Origin: an uncultured Alphaproteobacteria bacterium
Lineage (GTDB): Bacteria; Pseudomonadota; Alphaproteobacteria; RF32; CAG-239
Direction: 5' to 3'
Length of the DNA stretch: 64,000 nucleotides
NCBI GenBank assembly: GCA_944390915.1
Contig: CALXRS010000005.1
Location: forward strand, 7,663 to 71,662
Positions 1 to 8,728 of this stretch are shown in pieces (within the stretch, counting starts at the first letter, position 1; the number at the start of each line of letters is the position of its first letter). The notes beneath the pieces are model-generated. The model was not told the origin of the DNA. It saw only the letters and a program-made list of their open reading frames with translations, and did not search any database. The translations under genes were made by a program, and so were the position numbers.

Positions 1-676
1 CGCTTTCCTCGCCGAGAACCAGTTTTTCGGCCTCGGCAACGGTCATTTTTCTGGTTTTGTATTTTTCGCCGAAAGGCTTGCCCAAAATGTCGCCCAAACT
101 TATCATGCCCATCTGCGCGCCGGGCATGCCGGGAATTTCCATTGTCGACATGGTGTTGGCGCCGGTATCGATAACGCTGATTTCTATTTCTCTTTCCGCC
201 AATGATCCCTCGCGCAGCATTTTGCGAAATTTCTGTTTGGTCTCATCGCCGGCGGAAGCGCCGACCAGAGCCTCCAAAATCCGTTCTTCGGCGGCAATTT
301 CCGCTTTTTGGCGCACTTCTTTGCGCATGGCCTCGCGGGTGTTGTTGACGGCAATGTCAAGCAAATCGCGGATAATCGATTCCACATCCCTGCCGACATA
401 GCCGATTTCGGTAAACTTGGTGGCTTCGACCTTGATAAACGGCGCTTTTGCCAGCCGCGCCAGCCGGCGGGAAATCTCCGTCTTGCCGACCCCCGTCGGC
501 CCTGCCATCAAAATATTTTTGGGCACAATCTCTTCGCGCAGATGTTCGGGCACCTGCATCCGCCGCCAACGGTTGCGCAGGGCGACCGCCACTGCCTTTT
601 TGGCCTCGTGTTGCCCGATAATAAAGCGATCGAGTTCGGAAACGATTTCCCGCGGGCTGAAATTTGTACTATTCAT
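1..676 (-). CDS. hslU: ATP-dependent protease ATPase subunit HslU (N-terminal part; 3' end lies outside the window)
   Basis: The minus-strand frame is open to the window edge. Its translation begins [39 protein letters not shown]...[15 protein letters not shown] (Walker A). The ATG at 676 overlaps the hslV stop by 8 nt. Confidence 0.95.
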   Translation of the reverse strand, partial: MNSTNFSPREIVSELDRFIIGQHEAKKAVAVALRNRWRRMQVPEHLREEIVPKNILMAGPTGVGKTEISRRLARLAKAPFIKVEATKFTEIGYVGRDVESIIRDLLDIAVNNTREAMRKEVRQKAEIAAEERILEALVGASAGDETKQKFRKMLREGSLAEREIEISVIDTGANTMSTMEIPGMPGAQMGMISLGDILGKPFGEKYKTRKMTVAEAEKLVLGEES

Positions 677-1202
677 TGGCCGTCACCTTTTCAATAATCA
701 GATTGTGGTTGGTATAAACGTCTATGTCGCCGGCAATGTTCATCGCCCGGCGCGCGATTTCTTCGGGCGACAGGCCGTCGATGTCATACAAAGCCTTGGC
801 CGCCGCCATGGCATAGTTGCCGCCCGAGCCGATGCCGATGATGCCGTCGTCGGGTTCCATCACCTCGCCGGTGCCGGAAATGACCAGCGACGTTTCTTTG
901 TCGGCAACAATCATGAAGGCCTGCAGCTGGCGCAGATATTTGTCCATCCGCCAGTCTTTGGCCAGTTCGACGGCGGCGCGCTTCAGCTGATAGGCATATT
1001 TTTCCAATTTGCCTTCCAGCCTTTCGATAAGCGTAATGCCGTCGGCGGCGGCGCCCGCAAAACCGGCAATGATTTTGCCGTTGCCGATACGCCGCACTTT
1101 AACCGACCTGGATTTGAAAATCACGGTTTCGCCGAGAGTCGCCTGACCGTCGCCGGCAATAACGACCTCCGAACCTTTGCGCACGCATAAAATGGTGGTC
1201 AT
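669..1202 (-). CDS. hslV: ATP-dependent protease subunit HslV
   Basis: 177 aa. [10 protein letters not shown]...GDGQATLG shows the N-terminal Thr protease signature. It sits immediately upstream of hslU. Confidence 0.95.
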   Translation of the reverse strand: MTTILCVRKGSEVVIAGDGQATLGETVIFKSRSVKVRRIGNGKIIAGFAGAAADGITLIERLEGKLEKYAYQLKRAAVELAKDWRMDKYLRQLQAFMIVADKETSLVISGTGEVMEPDDGIIGIGSGGNYAMAAAKALYDIDGLSPEEIARRAMNIAGDIDVYTNHNLIIEKVTANE

Positions 1203-1290
1203 GAAAAATCCTTATAAAAAAATTATTGCTACCCGTTATTATGTAGGAAAAAAGAATGCCGATTGCAAGTGTTCGGCCAACGAAGCGCCG

Positions 1291-2079
1291 TTACAACCCC
1301 GCGGCCTTTTGTATGGGAATCTCCGGAAACAGGCGCGCCGCCACTTCCGCCGCGCGGCGGTTGAGGCTGCTTACTTCAAACCGCCGGCTGCCGCCGCGGG
1401 TGAGCGCCGTTTCTATTTCCCCGTGGCGGTGGAGATAATCGGCCAGTTTTTCGGCCATCAGTTCGTCTTGGGAAACCACCTTGACCGACGGCAACGCCGC
1501 GCGGAAAAAATCTTTGACCAGCGGATAATGCGTGCAGCCGAGGATAAGACTGTCGCAACCGGCAAAAGAGGGCGCCAGCCGGCGGACTTCTTCTTCGGCG
1601 CGGACAAAATCGTTGTTTTCGATTGCCGGCACCAGCGCGGGCGCCGCCAGCTCGGTGATGCCGAGCCGCGGGTTCAGTTTGCACAGTTCGGCGCGGTAGA
1701 TGTGCGAACGCACCGTGGCGGTGGTGGCCACCACGCCGACTTTTTCGGCATTGTCCGCCGCCGCCACTTCCGCCGTCGGAATAACCACCCCCAGCACCTT
1801 AACCCCCGGCGCCTCGCAGGGCAAAAAACGCTGTTGGATGTAGCGCAGGGCAATCGACGTGGCGGTGTTGCAGGCAATGATAATCAACCGGCAGTCTCGG
1901 GAAATCATATAGCGCATGGCGGAAAGCGTGTAGCTCAGAATGCGGCCGGAGGTTTTCTCGCCGTAAGGCAAATGCCTGGAATCTCCAAAATAAAGATAAT
2001 CATATTCCGGCAGGGCGCGGATGAAAGCGCGGGTAATCACCAGCCCGCCGAGCCCGGAATCGAAAACGCCTATTTTCAT
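1291..2079 (-). CDS. murI: glutamate racemase
   Basis: 262 aa with the GVFDSGLGGL, IACNTA and GCTHYP motifs. ATG start at 2079. Confidence 0.93.
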   Translation of the reverse strand: MKIGVFDSGLGGLVITRAFIRALPEYDYLYFGDSRHLPYGEKTSGRILSYTLSAMRYMISRDCRLIIIACNTATSIALRYIQQRFLPCEAPGVKVLGVVIPTAEVAAADNAEKVGVVATTATVRSHIYRAELCKLNPRLGITELAAPALVPAIENNDFVRAEEEVRRLAPSFAGCDSLILGCTHYPLVKDFFRAALPSVKVVSQDELMAEKLADYLHRHGEIETALTRGGSRRFEVSSLNRRAAEVAARLFPEIPIQKAAGL

Positions 2080-2179
2080 TTTATATCCGCCGTGTTGTTT
2101 GTTTTTTTGTCTGCGGCCGAGTTTACCCTTTGCAAAAACATTCGTCCATCTTTTTTTGTGAGTTTTTTATTTTCGGCTA

Positions 2180-2208
2180 TTGCAAGCTTTAAAAAACTAC
2201 TATATAAT
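2180..2208 (+). promoter_or_regulatory. sigma70-like promoter TTGCAA-17-TATAAT with no downstream plus-strand ORF
   Basis: TTGCAA at 2180-2185, a 17-nt spacer, and TATAAT at 2203-2208. Confidence 0.4.
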
Positions 2209-2214
2209 TTATAT

Positions 2215-2301
2215 AAATTTTCTGCCATCCGAATAGTCTTGACCCCCAATCAACTACCGGCGGAAAATTTAGCGCTCTGCCTTGCCGCAGAGCGTTTTTT
2301 T
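2215..2301 (+). ncRNA. candidate small RNA of about 85 nt (promoter-to-terminator unit without an ORF)
   Basis: The interval between the promoter above and a GC-rich 8-bp hairpin (2273-2294, loop CTTGCC) followed by T7 (2295-2301). It contains no ATG. Confidence 0.3.
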
Positions 2302-2327
2302 GTATGAGGAGCAATTTTTGATAATGG

Positions 2328-2367
2328 GGAAAAACACCGATAACCGCCGGTTGTCCGGCGGTTATCG
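2328..2367 (-). terminator. Rho-independent terminator of the giant gene
   Basis: A 13-bp stem CGATAACCGCCGG/CCGGCGGTTATCG with loop TTGT. On the minus strand it is followed by TGTTTTTC, about 90 nt after the stop at 2456. Confidence 0.55.
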
Positions 2368-2455
2368 CAAGCAAAAAAGAAGGTTTGCGGCCGATTCTTA
2401 AACGATCGATTGTCTGGCGCCGTCAAGGAATCGATTGTTGCCGCGGACGAGGTTG

Positions 2456-5400
2456 TCATCTGCCCCTGGCACTTTTTATGGCCTCATTATACATTTGTTG
2501 GTTAACCTTGTGCTGAGCCTTGGCTTCCGCAATTTGGACTTTACTATCTTCTTTGACGGCCGTTTCGGCAACCTTGTCACCCTCTACGGCATCTAACGCT
2601 ATCTCCTTATCCGCATTTATTTGTTTTACATCATTCCGATATTCAGCAGTTTCCAATTGTCGTCCGTTTCTTAAAGCTTTTATTCTGGCTTGATCCTCCT
2701 GTCTTTGCAGTTGTTCAGTTTCTCTTTCCTCCTGTCTTTGCAGCCTTGCAGCCGCCTTTGCTGCTTTCTCGGTCTCTCTGTCATCCCGTTTTTGCTGTTG
2801 TTCAGCTTCCTTTACTTCATCCTGCAGAGCCTTGTCTTCGGCTTTTTTGTCTGCCTCGGCTTGGTCACGGGCATTCATTTCTTCGTTCTGAGTTTTTTGC
2901 AGCTCTCGCCTTTCTTCTCTGTGTTTTGCATTCAGTTCCCTGCGACTTGGCACGTCGTTCTCTTTTTCGCTCTCCAAATCGCCGTTTTCACCACGGGTCA
3001 GTCCCAATTTTTCCATATCCTGATTGTGGTTCTCCATAAAAGCTTTTTCGCCGTCGGTCAGTTCGCGATCTGCGCCGGCCAGAGAAGCGTATACAGCCTC
3101 GGCTTGGGAAATTGTACGCGCTATGTCCATGCTTTCTTTTGAGGATAAGCCCTCGTTGCCTTCTGCACCGCGTACGGCTTTCAGAATATCCGTATCAATT
3201 TTCACTTTCGGGTTGTTACCATATTCGATTTCGCCATTTTCGTCAATTTTATACGAAAGTTTGGTGCCGCCGCCTTTGATTGTGGTCATGTCGTCGGCAT
3301 CCATTTCGGTTCCCGTCACGCCTTCGTTACCGACATTCTGTTGTTCTTTGTAAGAGGTTTCGTAATCGTCTTTGCGCGTGAGGTTGCCGTCTTCGTCATA
3401 TTCAAAACCTTTGTCGTTCAGCTGTTGGATAAGGTCATCCCGCAGCTTGATTTCTTCTTCGCTCAGCGGGTGACCGTCGGCCTCCTGCATGTTCAAGGAT
3501 TTTATGTTGACATGGAGTTCATTAATCTTATGGGCTTCCCACTCCATGTTTCTTTCCAAATCTTCGCCCGTGCGGCCGGAAAAACGACCGTCAGCCGTTT
3601 CCCATTCTCCCGTTTCATGGTTCCATGTTGTGGGACCGTTAACTTCCAGATCATTTTTGGATATCAGCTCGCCCCCGTCTATAGCCTCCTGCATAGCCTG
3701 AGAAAAATAGTAGCGGCTGTCGTGCACTTCTTCCTGCGCCTGGGGTTCGGGGTGTTCCTGAGTCTGTTCCGCGCCCGTTTTCTCCGCGCCCGTTTGTTCC
3801 TGAGTCTGTTCCGCGCCCGTTTTCTCCGTGCCCGTTTGTTCCTGAGCCTGTTCCGCGCCCGTTTTCTCCGCGCCCGTTTGTTCCTGAGTCTGTTCCGCGC
3901 CCGTTTGCTCCTGCCCCGAAAGATTCGCCTGCGTTTGGCTTTCTGTGTCGCGCGTCAGGCCATATTTTTCCATATTTTGGTCGTGCGCTTCCATAAACCT
4001 TTTTTCGGGGTCCGTCAAATCACGGTTTTCGGCTTCTTTCTGCAGGTGTTTATAGATGGCTTCTTCTTGGGTCAGTTCGTTGGCTTTCATTACCTGACCG
4101 AAGCTGTCGCCGTCTTCTTCAAGGTTGGCGCTTTGGATGGCGTTAAGGATGTTTGTATCCATCTGAACCCGGCCATCGAGGACGGCCAATTGGTAACCTT
4201 CGCCCTCGCTAGATGCCGTGATTACGTAACGTCCGTTGAAGCCGTTTTCATTTATGGATACCGGTTCAATGCCGTCGGTGTTGGACAAATCTTGGTCGAC
4301 GATTTCACGTTTGGCGGCTTCCTCGACGGCAGACTGAAAGTCGTCCACTTCGCTGGTCGACCGTTGGTCGCCGTTAATTTCCGTAACCGTGTGCCTCAGC
4401 CCTTCATCGGTCATTTCGCTGCGGATGACGGTTGAGTTGCCTTCGCCCTGATTGACGGTAAATTCTCTGGCCGTCATATTGCCGTTTTCGTCATAGGTAT
4501 AGACAAGTTCCGCCGGCTTGCCGTTGATGGTGCCTTTACCGACTTCCTCATAACCGCCGCCTTCCAGTTCATGCCGCTCAAACTTTTCCGCTTCGGAATC
4601 CTGAGAAGAAGCCTCTTGGTCATTCGCCTCGGTTCTTCCGTCAGCCGTTTGCTCCTGAGTTTGCTCCGCGCCCGTTTGCTCCTGAGTCTGCTCCGCGCCC
4701 GTTTGCTCCTGAGTTTGCTCCGCGCCCGTTTGTTCCTGAGTCTGCTCCGTGCCCGTTTGCTCCTGAGTTTGCTCCGTGCCCGTTTGCATATCATTTAGGG
4801 AAGATGTCCGATCATCGGCAAAAGCCCTTGCTGTACTTGTTTGATCGGCTGCAAATTCGTCGGCATCCTGTCTGCGTGTTTCGGCAAATTCCTCGGCATC
4901 TCGTTGCATGTTATTCAGAACTTCTTCTCTCTCGGCCATGAAATCCTTAGCGGCAGCTTCTCTCTCGGCCATGAAATCCTTAGCGGCAGCCTCTCTCTCG
5001 GCCATGAAATCCTGAGCGGCAGCCTCTCTCTCAGCCATGAAATCCTGAGCGGCAGCCTCTCTCTCGGTCATGAAATCCTGAGCGTCAGCCTCTCTCTCGG
5101 CCATGAAATCCTGAGCGGCAGCCTCTCTCTCAGCCATGAAATCCTGAGCGTTAGCTTCCAGTTCGCCTGTAAATTCTTCCATTGTTTTATTATAATTGTC
5201 GAAAAATTCCCGCTCGCCGGGCGACAGCTCTTCGCCAGCTGCCAGCCTGTCTACCAGACCCTGATACACCCCTTGCTGAATTTCTTCCGGGGTAAGCGTT
5301 TGCGAATCGGTCAATTGATCGGGGTGGACAATGATGGAGCCGTCATCACCGACGGAATAGGCTGATGTATCCGGTGCTATTTCCGCCGTTACTTCCGGTG

Positions 5401-7468
5401 CTTCTTGCGTAACCGGCTCCTGAGTAACCGGCTCCTGGGTAATCGGCTCTTGCGTAACCGGCTCCTGAGTAACCGGCTCTTGGGTAACCGGCTCTTGGGT
5501 AACCGGCTCCTGAGTAACCGGCTCCCTGGTCGCGGTTTCCAGTTCCTGCGCGATCGGTTCCTGCGTCGGCGCCTCAATTTTTTGTTCGGCTTGCTCATGG
5601 CCGGTTATGCCCAGATTGTCAAAATACGAACCGTCGGCAATAGAGTTCAGGTCGTTATTGACCGCGCCAAGCATCAACCCTGCACCGGCAACTTCGGCAA
5701 GAACCGAACTTCCCTGTTTGTAAAAGTCTGTCCAGGCCTTTTTGTCCAGTCCTTTGGTGGCCCACAAGGTTTGGGCGGCTTTTTTGGTTCCCACGGCTTT
5801 GGCCTTCAGCCCCTCCCAATAGTCCTTCTGCATCACTTTTTGCGCGGTTTTGCCGAGGGCGTAAGCCTTACCGACGACCGGCAGCGACCGCCAGAAAATT
5901 GCCGAATGCGCTATCAGGGCGTTTCTGGTTGTTTTGTCGCGGAAAACGTCTTTGATGGAAACTTTGCCGACGGCGCGGTTCATGGCGCGTATCCGGTTAT
6001 ATTCTTCCTCGCTGACCGCCCGGGCGCCGGCTTTTTTCTGATATTCCTTAAAATTCAGGGTGCGGCGGACATCGGTGTGTTGGACGACGTTGTTAAACAT
6101 TTCTTCGCTCACCGGCGCCATTTCCGGACGATCTTTCTTTTTGTTGGCCTCGGATTTGGAGGCTACGTATTTTTTGTATTCGTCATACGACTTGCCGGCA
6201 AACATGCGCGCCGTTTCAAAATCTTCACGGTTGAACGAGTTTTTTTTCTGAAAATCTTTCAGTTTGTTGAATTCTTCTTCGCTGACATGGTTGGATCTGT
6301 GCTTGTCAAGATAGGAGGTATAATCGCCGTATGCCTGCACCTGGTCATAGTCATGCCGGTTGAGCTTGCTGTCTTTGTTTTGTTCCTGCCAGCGGTTGAA
6401 CCCAAATTCGGCCGCCTGATCTTTGTAGATTTCGCGAAAAGCGGCATAGTCCTTAAAACCCTGTACGTCGTTATAGATGGCGCGGGCGGAAAGAACGGAA
6501 CGATAGCCCATGTAAAGAGGGTTGCCGGCCAACATGTAGTTGGCTGCCAGTCCGAGCAGCGGATTGTTTTGTTCAAACTTCTGAATGCGATCCATAACCT
6601 TGCCCAGACTGTGCAGGTTTTCGCGGAGAGCCGCTTTGATGGAGCCGCGTTTTTCCATAAAGTCTGCAATCGGCTGCATGTTGGTATGCGCGGTTGTCTG
6701 TCGGGCAAGGCTTTTGATGTTTTCAAGCTTGGCGGCCGGTTCTTCCTTTTTGGGGCGGATGTCGAGCATTTTGAAAATATCTGCTTCGCTTTTGCCCTGG
6801 CTGACGGCCTCCTGAATGTCGGCTATGCGGGAAATATGTTTGTCGGCCTTGATTTTGTTGTAGTCATTGCCCGTCCACATGGCATAAACCGAGTTGTAAT
6901 ACTCGGTTTCGATACGGATGCGTTCGGCCTCGTGGGCTTCGCGCAGGTTGTCGAGGGTGATGGGTTCGTTGCCGGAGGCCAGACGGCGGCAGGCGCTCAT
7001 GTCCAAGGCGGCCTGCATGTCTTTGTTGTCGGTGTCGGCAACGCGGATGTCGGTTTTCTTCCATTCCGCGCTTTCCTGATATTTTACGCCTTCTTCGGAT
7101 TGGAGAAGTTCATAGGCTTCGTTAAAACGCCTCAGCTCTTCTTCGGGCGCGGGAGCATAAAAATCTTCCCAGTGATAGGGATCCGTCATCATGGCTTCTT
7201 CGGATTCGCTTGCGGGCGTCTTGTTGTCGGCGGCGGGAGCGGCCGAAGCTTCTTCCGTTTGGCCGGCGTTTGCTTCAACTTCGGCGGCGTTGCGGACGGC
7301 CGATTCTGCATGAAAACGTTCCACAAAACCGTTCAAAAAGCCGGATTCGGCACACATGTCGCTCAGCGATTTGCCCGCCCTGTCCGCGGCTGCGACCATG
7401 TCCGCATAAATTTCCGGCGCTTCCGTCTGAATTTGTTTTAAAATATCACCATAACCGTTATCAGCCAT
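2456..7468 (-). CDS. giant acidic repeat-containing protein, 1670 aa, family unknown
   Basis: An uninterrupted 5-kb ORF. ATG at 7468 with GGAGA 8 nt upstream. All tandem repeats are multiples of 3 nt and in frame. I saw no signal peptide and no recognisable catalytic motif. Confidence 0.85.
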   Translation of the reverse strand: MADNGYGDILKQIQTEAPEIYADMVAAADRAGKSLSDMCAESGFLNGFVERFHAESAVRNAAEVEANAGQTEEASAAPAADNKTPASESEEAMMTDPYHWEDFYAPAPEEELRRFNEAYELLQSEEGVKYQESAEWKKTDIRVADTDNKDMQAALDMSACRRLASGNEPITLDNLREAHEAERIRIETEYYNSVYAMWTGNDYNKIKADKHISRIADIQEAVSQGKSEADIFKMLDIRPKKEEPAAKLENIKSLARQTTAHTNMQPIADFMEKRGSIKAALRENLHSLGKVMDRIQKFEQNNPLLGLAANYMLAGNPLYMGYRSVLSARAIYNDVQGFKDYAAFREIYKDQAAEFGFNRWQEQNKDSKLNRHDYDQVQAYGDYTSYLDKHRSNHVSEEEFNKLKDFQKKNSFNREDFETARMFAGKSYDEYKKYVASKSEANKKKDRPEMAPVSEEMFNNVVQHTDVRRTLNFKEYQKKAGARAVSEEEYNRIRAMNRAVGKVSIKDVFRDKTTRNALIAHSAIFWRSLPVVGKAYALGKTAQKVMQKDYWEGLKAKAVGTKKAAQTLWATKGLDKKAWTDFYKQGSSVLAEVAGAGLMLGAVNNDLNSIADGSYFDNLGITGHEQAEQKIEAPTQEPIAQELETATREPVTQEPVTQEPVTQEPVTQEPVTQEPITQEPVTQEPVTQEAPEVTAEIAPDTSAYSVGDDGSIIVHPDQLTDSQTLTPEEIQQGVYQGLVDRLAAGEELSPGEREFFDNYNKTMEEFTGELEANAQDFMAEREAAAQDFMAEREADAQDFMTEREAAAQDFMAEREAAAQDFMAEREAAAKDFMAEREAAAKDFMAEREEVLNNMQRDAEEFAETRRQDADEFAADQTSTARAFADDRTSSLNDMQTGTEQTQEQTGTEQTQEQTGAEQTQEQTGAEQTQEQTGAEQTQEQTADGRTEANDQEASSQDSEAEKFERHELEGGGYEEVGKGTINGKPAELVYTYDENGNMTAREFTVNQGEGNSTVIRSEMTDEGLRHTVTEINGDQRSTSEVDDFQSAVEEAAKREIVDQDLSNTDGIEPVSINENGFNGRYVITASSEGEGYQLAVLDGRVQMDTNILNAIQSANLEEDGDSFGQVMKANELTQEEAIYKHLQKEAENRDLTDPEKRFMEAHDQNMEKYGLTRDTESQTQANLSGQEQTGAEQTQEQTGAEKTGAEQAQEQTGTEKTGAEQTQEQTGAEKTGAEQTQEHPEPQAQEEVHDSRYYFSQAMQEAIDGGELISKNDLEVNGPTTWNHETGEWETADGRFSGRTGEDLERNMEWEAHKINELHVNIKSLNMQEADGHPLSEEEIKLRDDLIQQLNDKGFEYDEDGNLTRKDDYETSYKEQQNVGNEGVTGTEMDADDMTTIKGGGTKLSYKIDENGEIEYGNNPKVKIDTDILKAVRGAEGNEGLSSKESMDIARTISQAEAVYASLAGADRELTDGEKAFMENHNQDMEKLGLTRGENGDLESEKENDVPSRRELNAKHREERRELQKTQNEEMNARDQAEADKKAEDKALQDEVKEAEQQQKRDDRETEKAAKAAARLQRQEERETEQLQRQEDQARIKALRNGRQLETAEYRNDVKQINADKEIALDAVEGDKVAETAVKEDSKVQIAEAKAQHKVNQQMYNEAIKSARGR
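3754..3921 (-). repeat. in-frame tandem repeat, 42-bp period, about 4 units (TGAEKTGAEQTQEQ)
   Basis: GTTCCTGAG recurs at 3754, 3796, 3838 and 3880. Confidence 0.95.
4645..4788 (-). repeat. in-frame tandem repeat, 27-bp period, about 5 units (TG[A/T]EQTQEQ)
   Basis: CCGTTTG recurs at 4645, 4672, 4699, 4726, 4753 and 4780. Confidence 0.95.
4926..5156 (-). repeat. in-frame tandem repeat, 33-bp period, 7 units (AEREAAAQDFM)
   Basis: G[G/A][C/T]CATGAAATCC recurs at 4934, 4967, 5000, 5033, 5066, 5099 and 5132. Confidence 0.95.
5404..5523 (-). repeat. in-frame tandem repeat, 15-bp period, 8 units (EPVTQ)
   Basis: CYTGNGTAAYCGGCT units are contiguous from 5404. A ninth, degenerate unit follows. 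Confidence 0.95.
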
Positions 7469-7501
7469 AATTGTTCTCCGTATAAAACATACCTAACTCA
7501 C

Positions 7502-7530
7502 ATATTACTATAAGCCACGTTCCGAGTCAA
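7502..7530 (-). promoter_or_regulatory. sigma70-like promoter of the giant gene (TTGACT-17-TAATAT)
   Basis: The minus strand reads TTGACTcggaacgtggcttatagTAATAT. The -10 element ends about 34 nt upstream of the ATG. Confidence 0.5.
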
Positions 7531-7624
7531 CGCAATTTTGTCATATAATGCTATATTTTGTCAAAAAAGGAGAAAGTCGGCGAACAGGCGTTTAAAGCCC
7601 GGAAAGCATAGGGCAAAACACTTT

Positions 7625-8728
7625 TTATATCTTGCCTTCGACATAAGCGTCGATGTATTTTTTTTCTATTTCCAGCAATTTTTCTGCGGAAGCGAGATCG
7701 ACATATTCATTGTCGCCGTGCGCATGGTCGCCGTTGACGCTGTGCATGATGATTGCCGCCCGATCGGCGAACATCCGCGCGTCCGTGCCGCCGCACATTT
7801 GGACGATTTTCAGCTCCTGCCCGAGCGTTTCTGCGGCAATTTTTCGATAAGCGGCAATTTCCGGACGGTTTGCGTCCATATAAACGCCGCAGCTTTGCAG
7901 CAGAATTTCATATTCGCAGCCAAAATCGTTGCAGGCTTTTTGCAAACGGGCTTTCAGTTCGTTTAAGGAAGTTTTTTCGGTTAAACGGAAATTGATCCGC
8001 GCTTCGGCTTCGGCCGGCACGACATTGTAGGTTGTCGGCGAGTTAAAAGCGGTTACGACCATTGTGTCCTGCCAGATGTTTTCCGGCTGCCTGCCGCCTT
8101 TTTCGTAGCGCTCAAAGCCCTGTTCCAAAGCGCGGATGCAGTCCGCCAGATGTGCCACCGCGTTCACACCCTCCCACGGGCGGGAACTGTGCGCATTTTC
8201 GCCTTTGGCCGTCAGGCGCACGCTGACCGGATGCTTGGCTTTGTCGCACAAAGTAAACAGATCGCCGGCGTCGGTGTCAAAAACGATTCGCGGACGAATG
8301 TCCGCATTTTTGACCAAAGCTTTAATGCCGTTGCTGGTTGTTTCTTCATCAGTGGTCAGCAGCACGCCGAAGCGGATATTTTTGTCTGCGGCATAGGCGA
8401 GCGCCGCGAGATTGACAACGACCGGCGTTTTCATGTCCAGCGCGCCGCGGGCGTACATTCGCCCGTTTTTTATCTGCGGTAAAAAAAGCTTTTCTTCCGC
8501 CGGAACCACGTCCAGATGACCGACGCATAAAATGTCAAAATCGAGTCCGTCGCAGTTGGCGGCAAGCAAAACCGGAGACGCCCCGTCAAAACAAAATTCA
8601 CGGATATTGGCGCCGGGGAAAAGCATTTTTTCTTTAACCGTGTCAAGCGCCCGGCGGATTTCGTTTTCTCTGCCGGAAACGCTGGCAATACGCACCAGCT
8701 CCGCTATGTTTTCAATAAGTTTTTCCAT
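7625..8728 (-). CDS. M20-family metallopeptidase (ArgE/DapE/acetylornithine deacetylase-like)
   Basis: GHLDVVPA, ARGALDMK and TTDEET motifs. I prefer the ATG at 8728 (AGAGGA upstream). The track ORF starts at a TTG at 8743. Confidence 0.85.
   Translation of the reverse strand: MEKLIENIAELVRIASVSGRENEIRRALDTVKEKMLFPGANIREFCFDGASPVLLAANCDGLDFDILCVGHLDVVPAEEKLFLPQIKNGRMYARGALDMKTPVVVNLAALAYAADKNIRFGVLLTTDEETTSNGIKALVKNADIRPRIVFDTDAGDLFTLCDKAKHPVSVRLTAKGENAHSSRPWEGVNAVAHLADCIRALEQGFERYEKGGRQPENIWQDTMVVTAFNSPTTYNVVPAEAEARINFRLTEKTSLNELKARLQKACNDFGCEYEILLQSCGVYMDANRPEIAAYRKIAAETLGQELKIVQMCGGTDARMFADRAAIIMHSVNGDHAHGDNEYVDLASAEKLLEIEKKYIDAYVEGKI

Noticed and set aside
3754-5523. Possible CRISPR array or minisatellite.
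   Set aside because: The repeats are contiguous with no unique spacers. All periods are multiples of 3 and in frame within a long ORF. There are no cas genes.
5405-7441. A 678-aa plus-strand ORF antisense to the giant gene, plus other antisense ORFs at 3341-4435 and 4841-5365.
   Set aside because: This is the mirror frame of the 1670-aa ORF. It begins inside the EPVTQ repeat at a TTG, has no SD or promoter, and its product is low-complexity L/R/F-rich. The minus-strand frame is the one that is uninterrupted for 5 kb with a proper promoter, SD and terminator.
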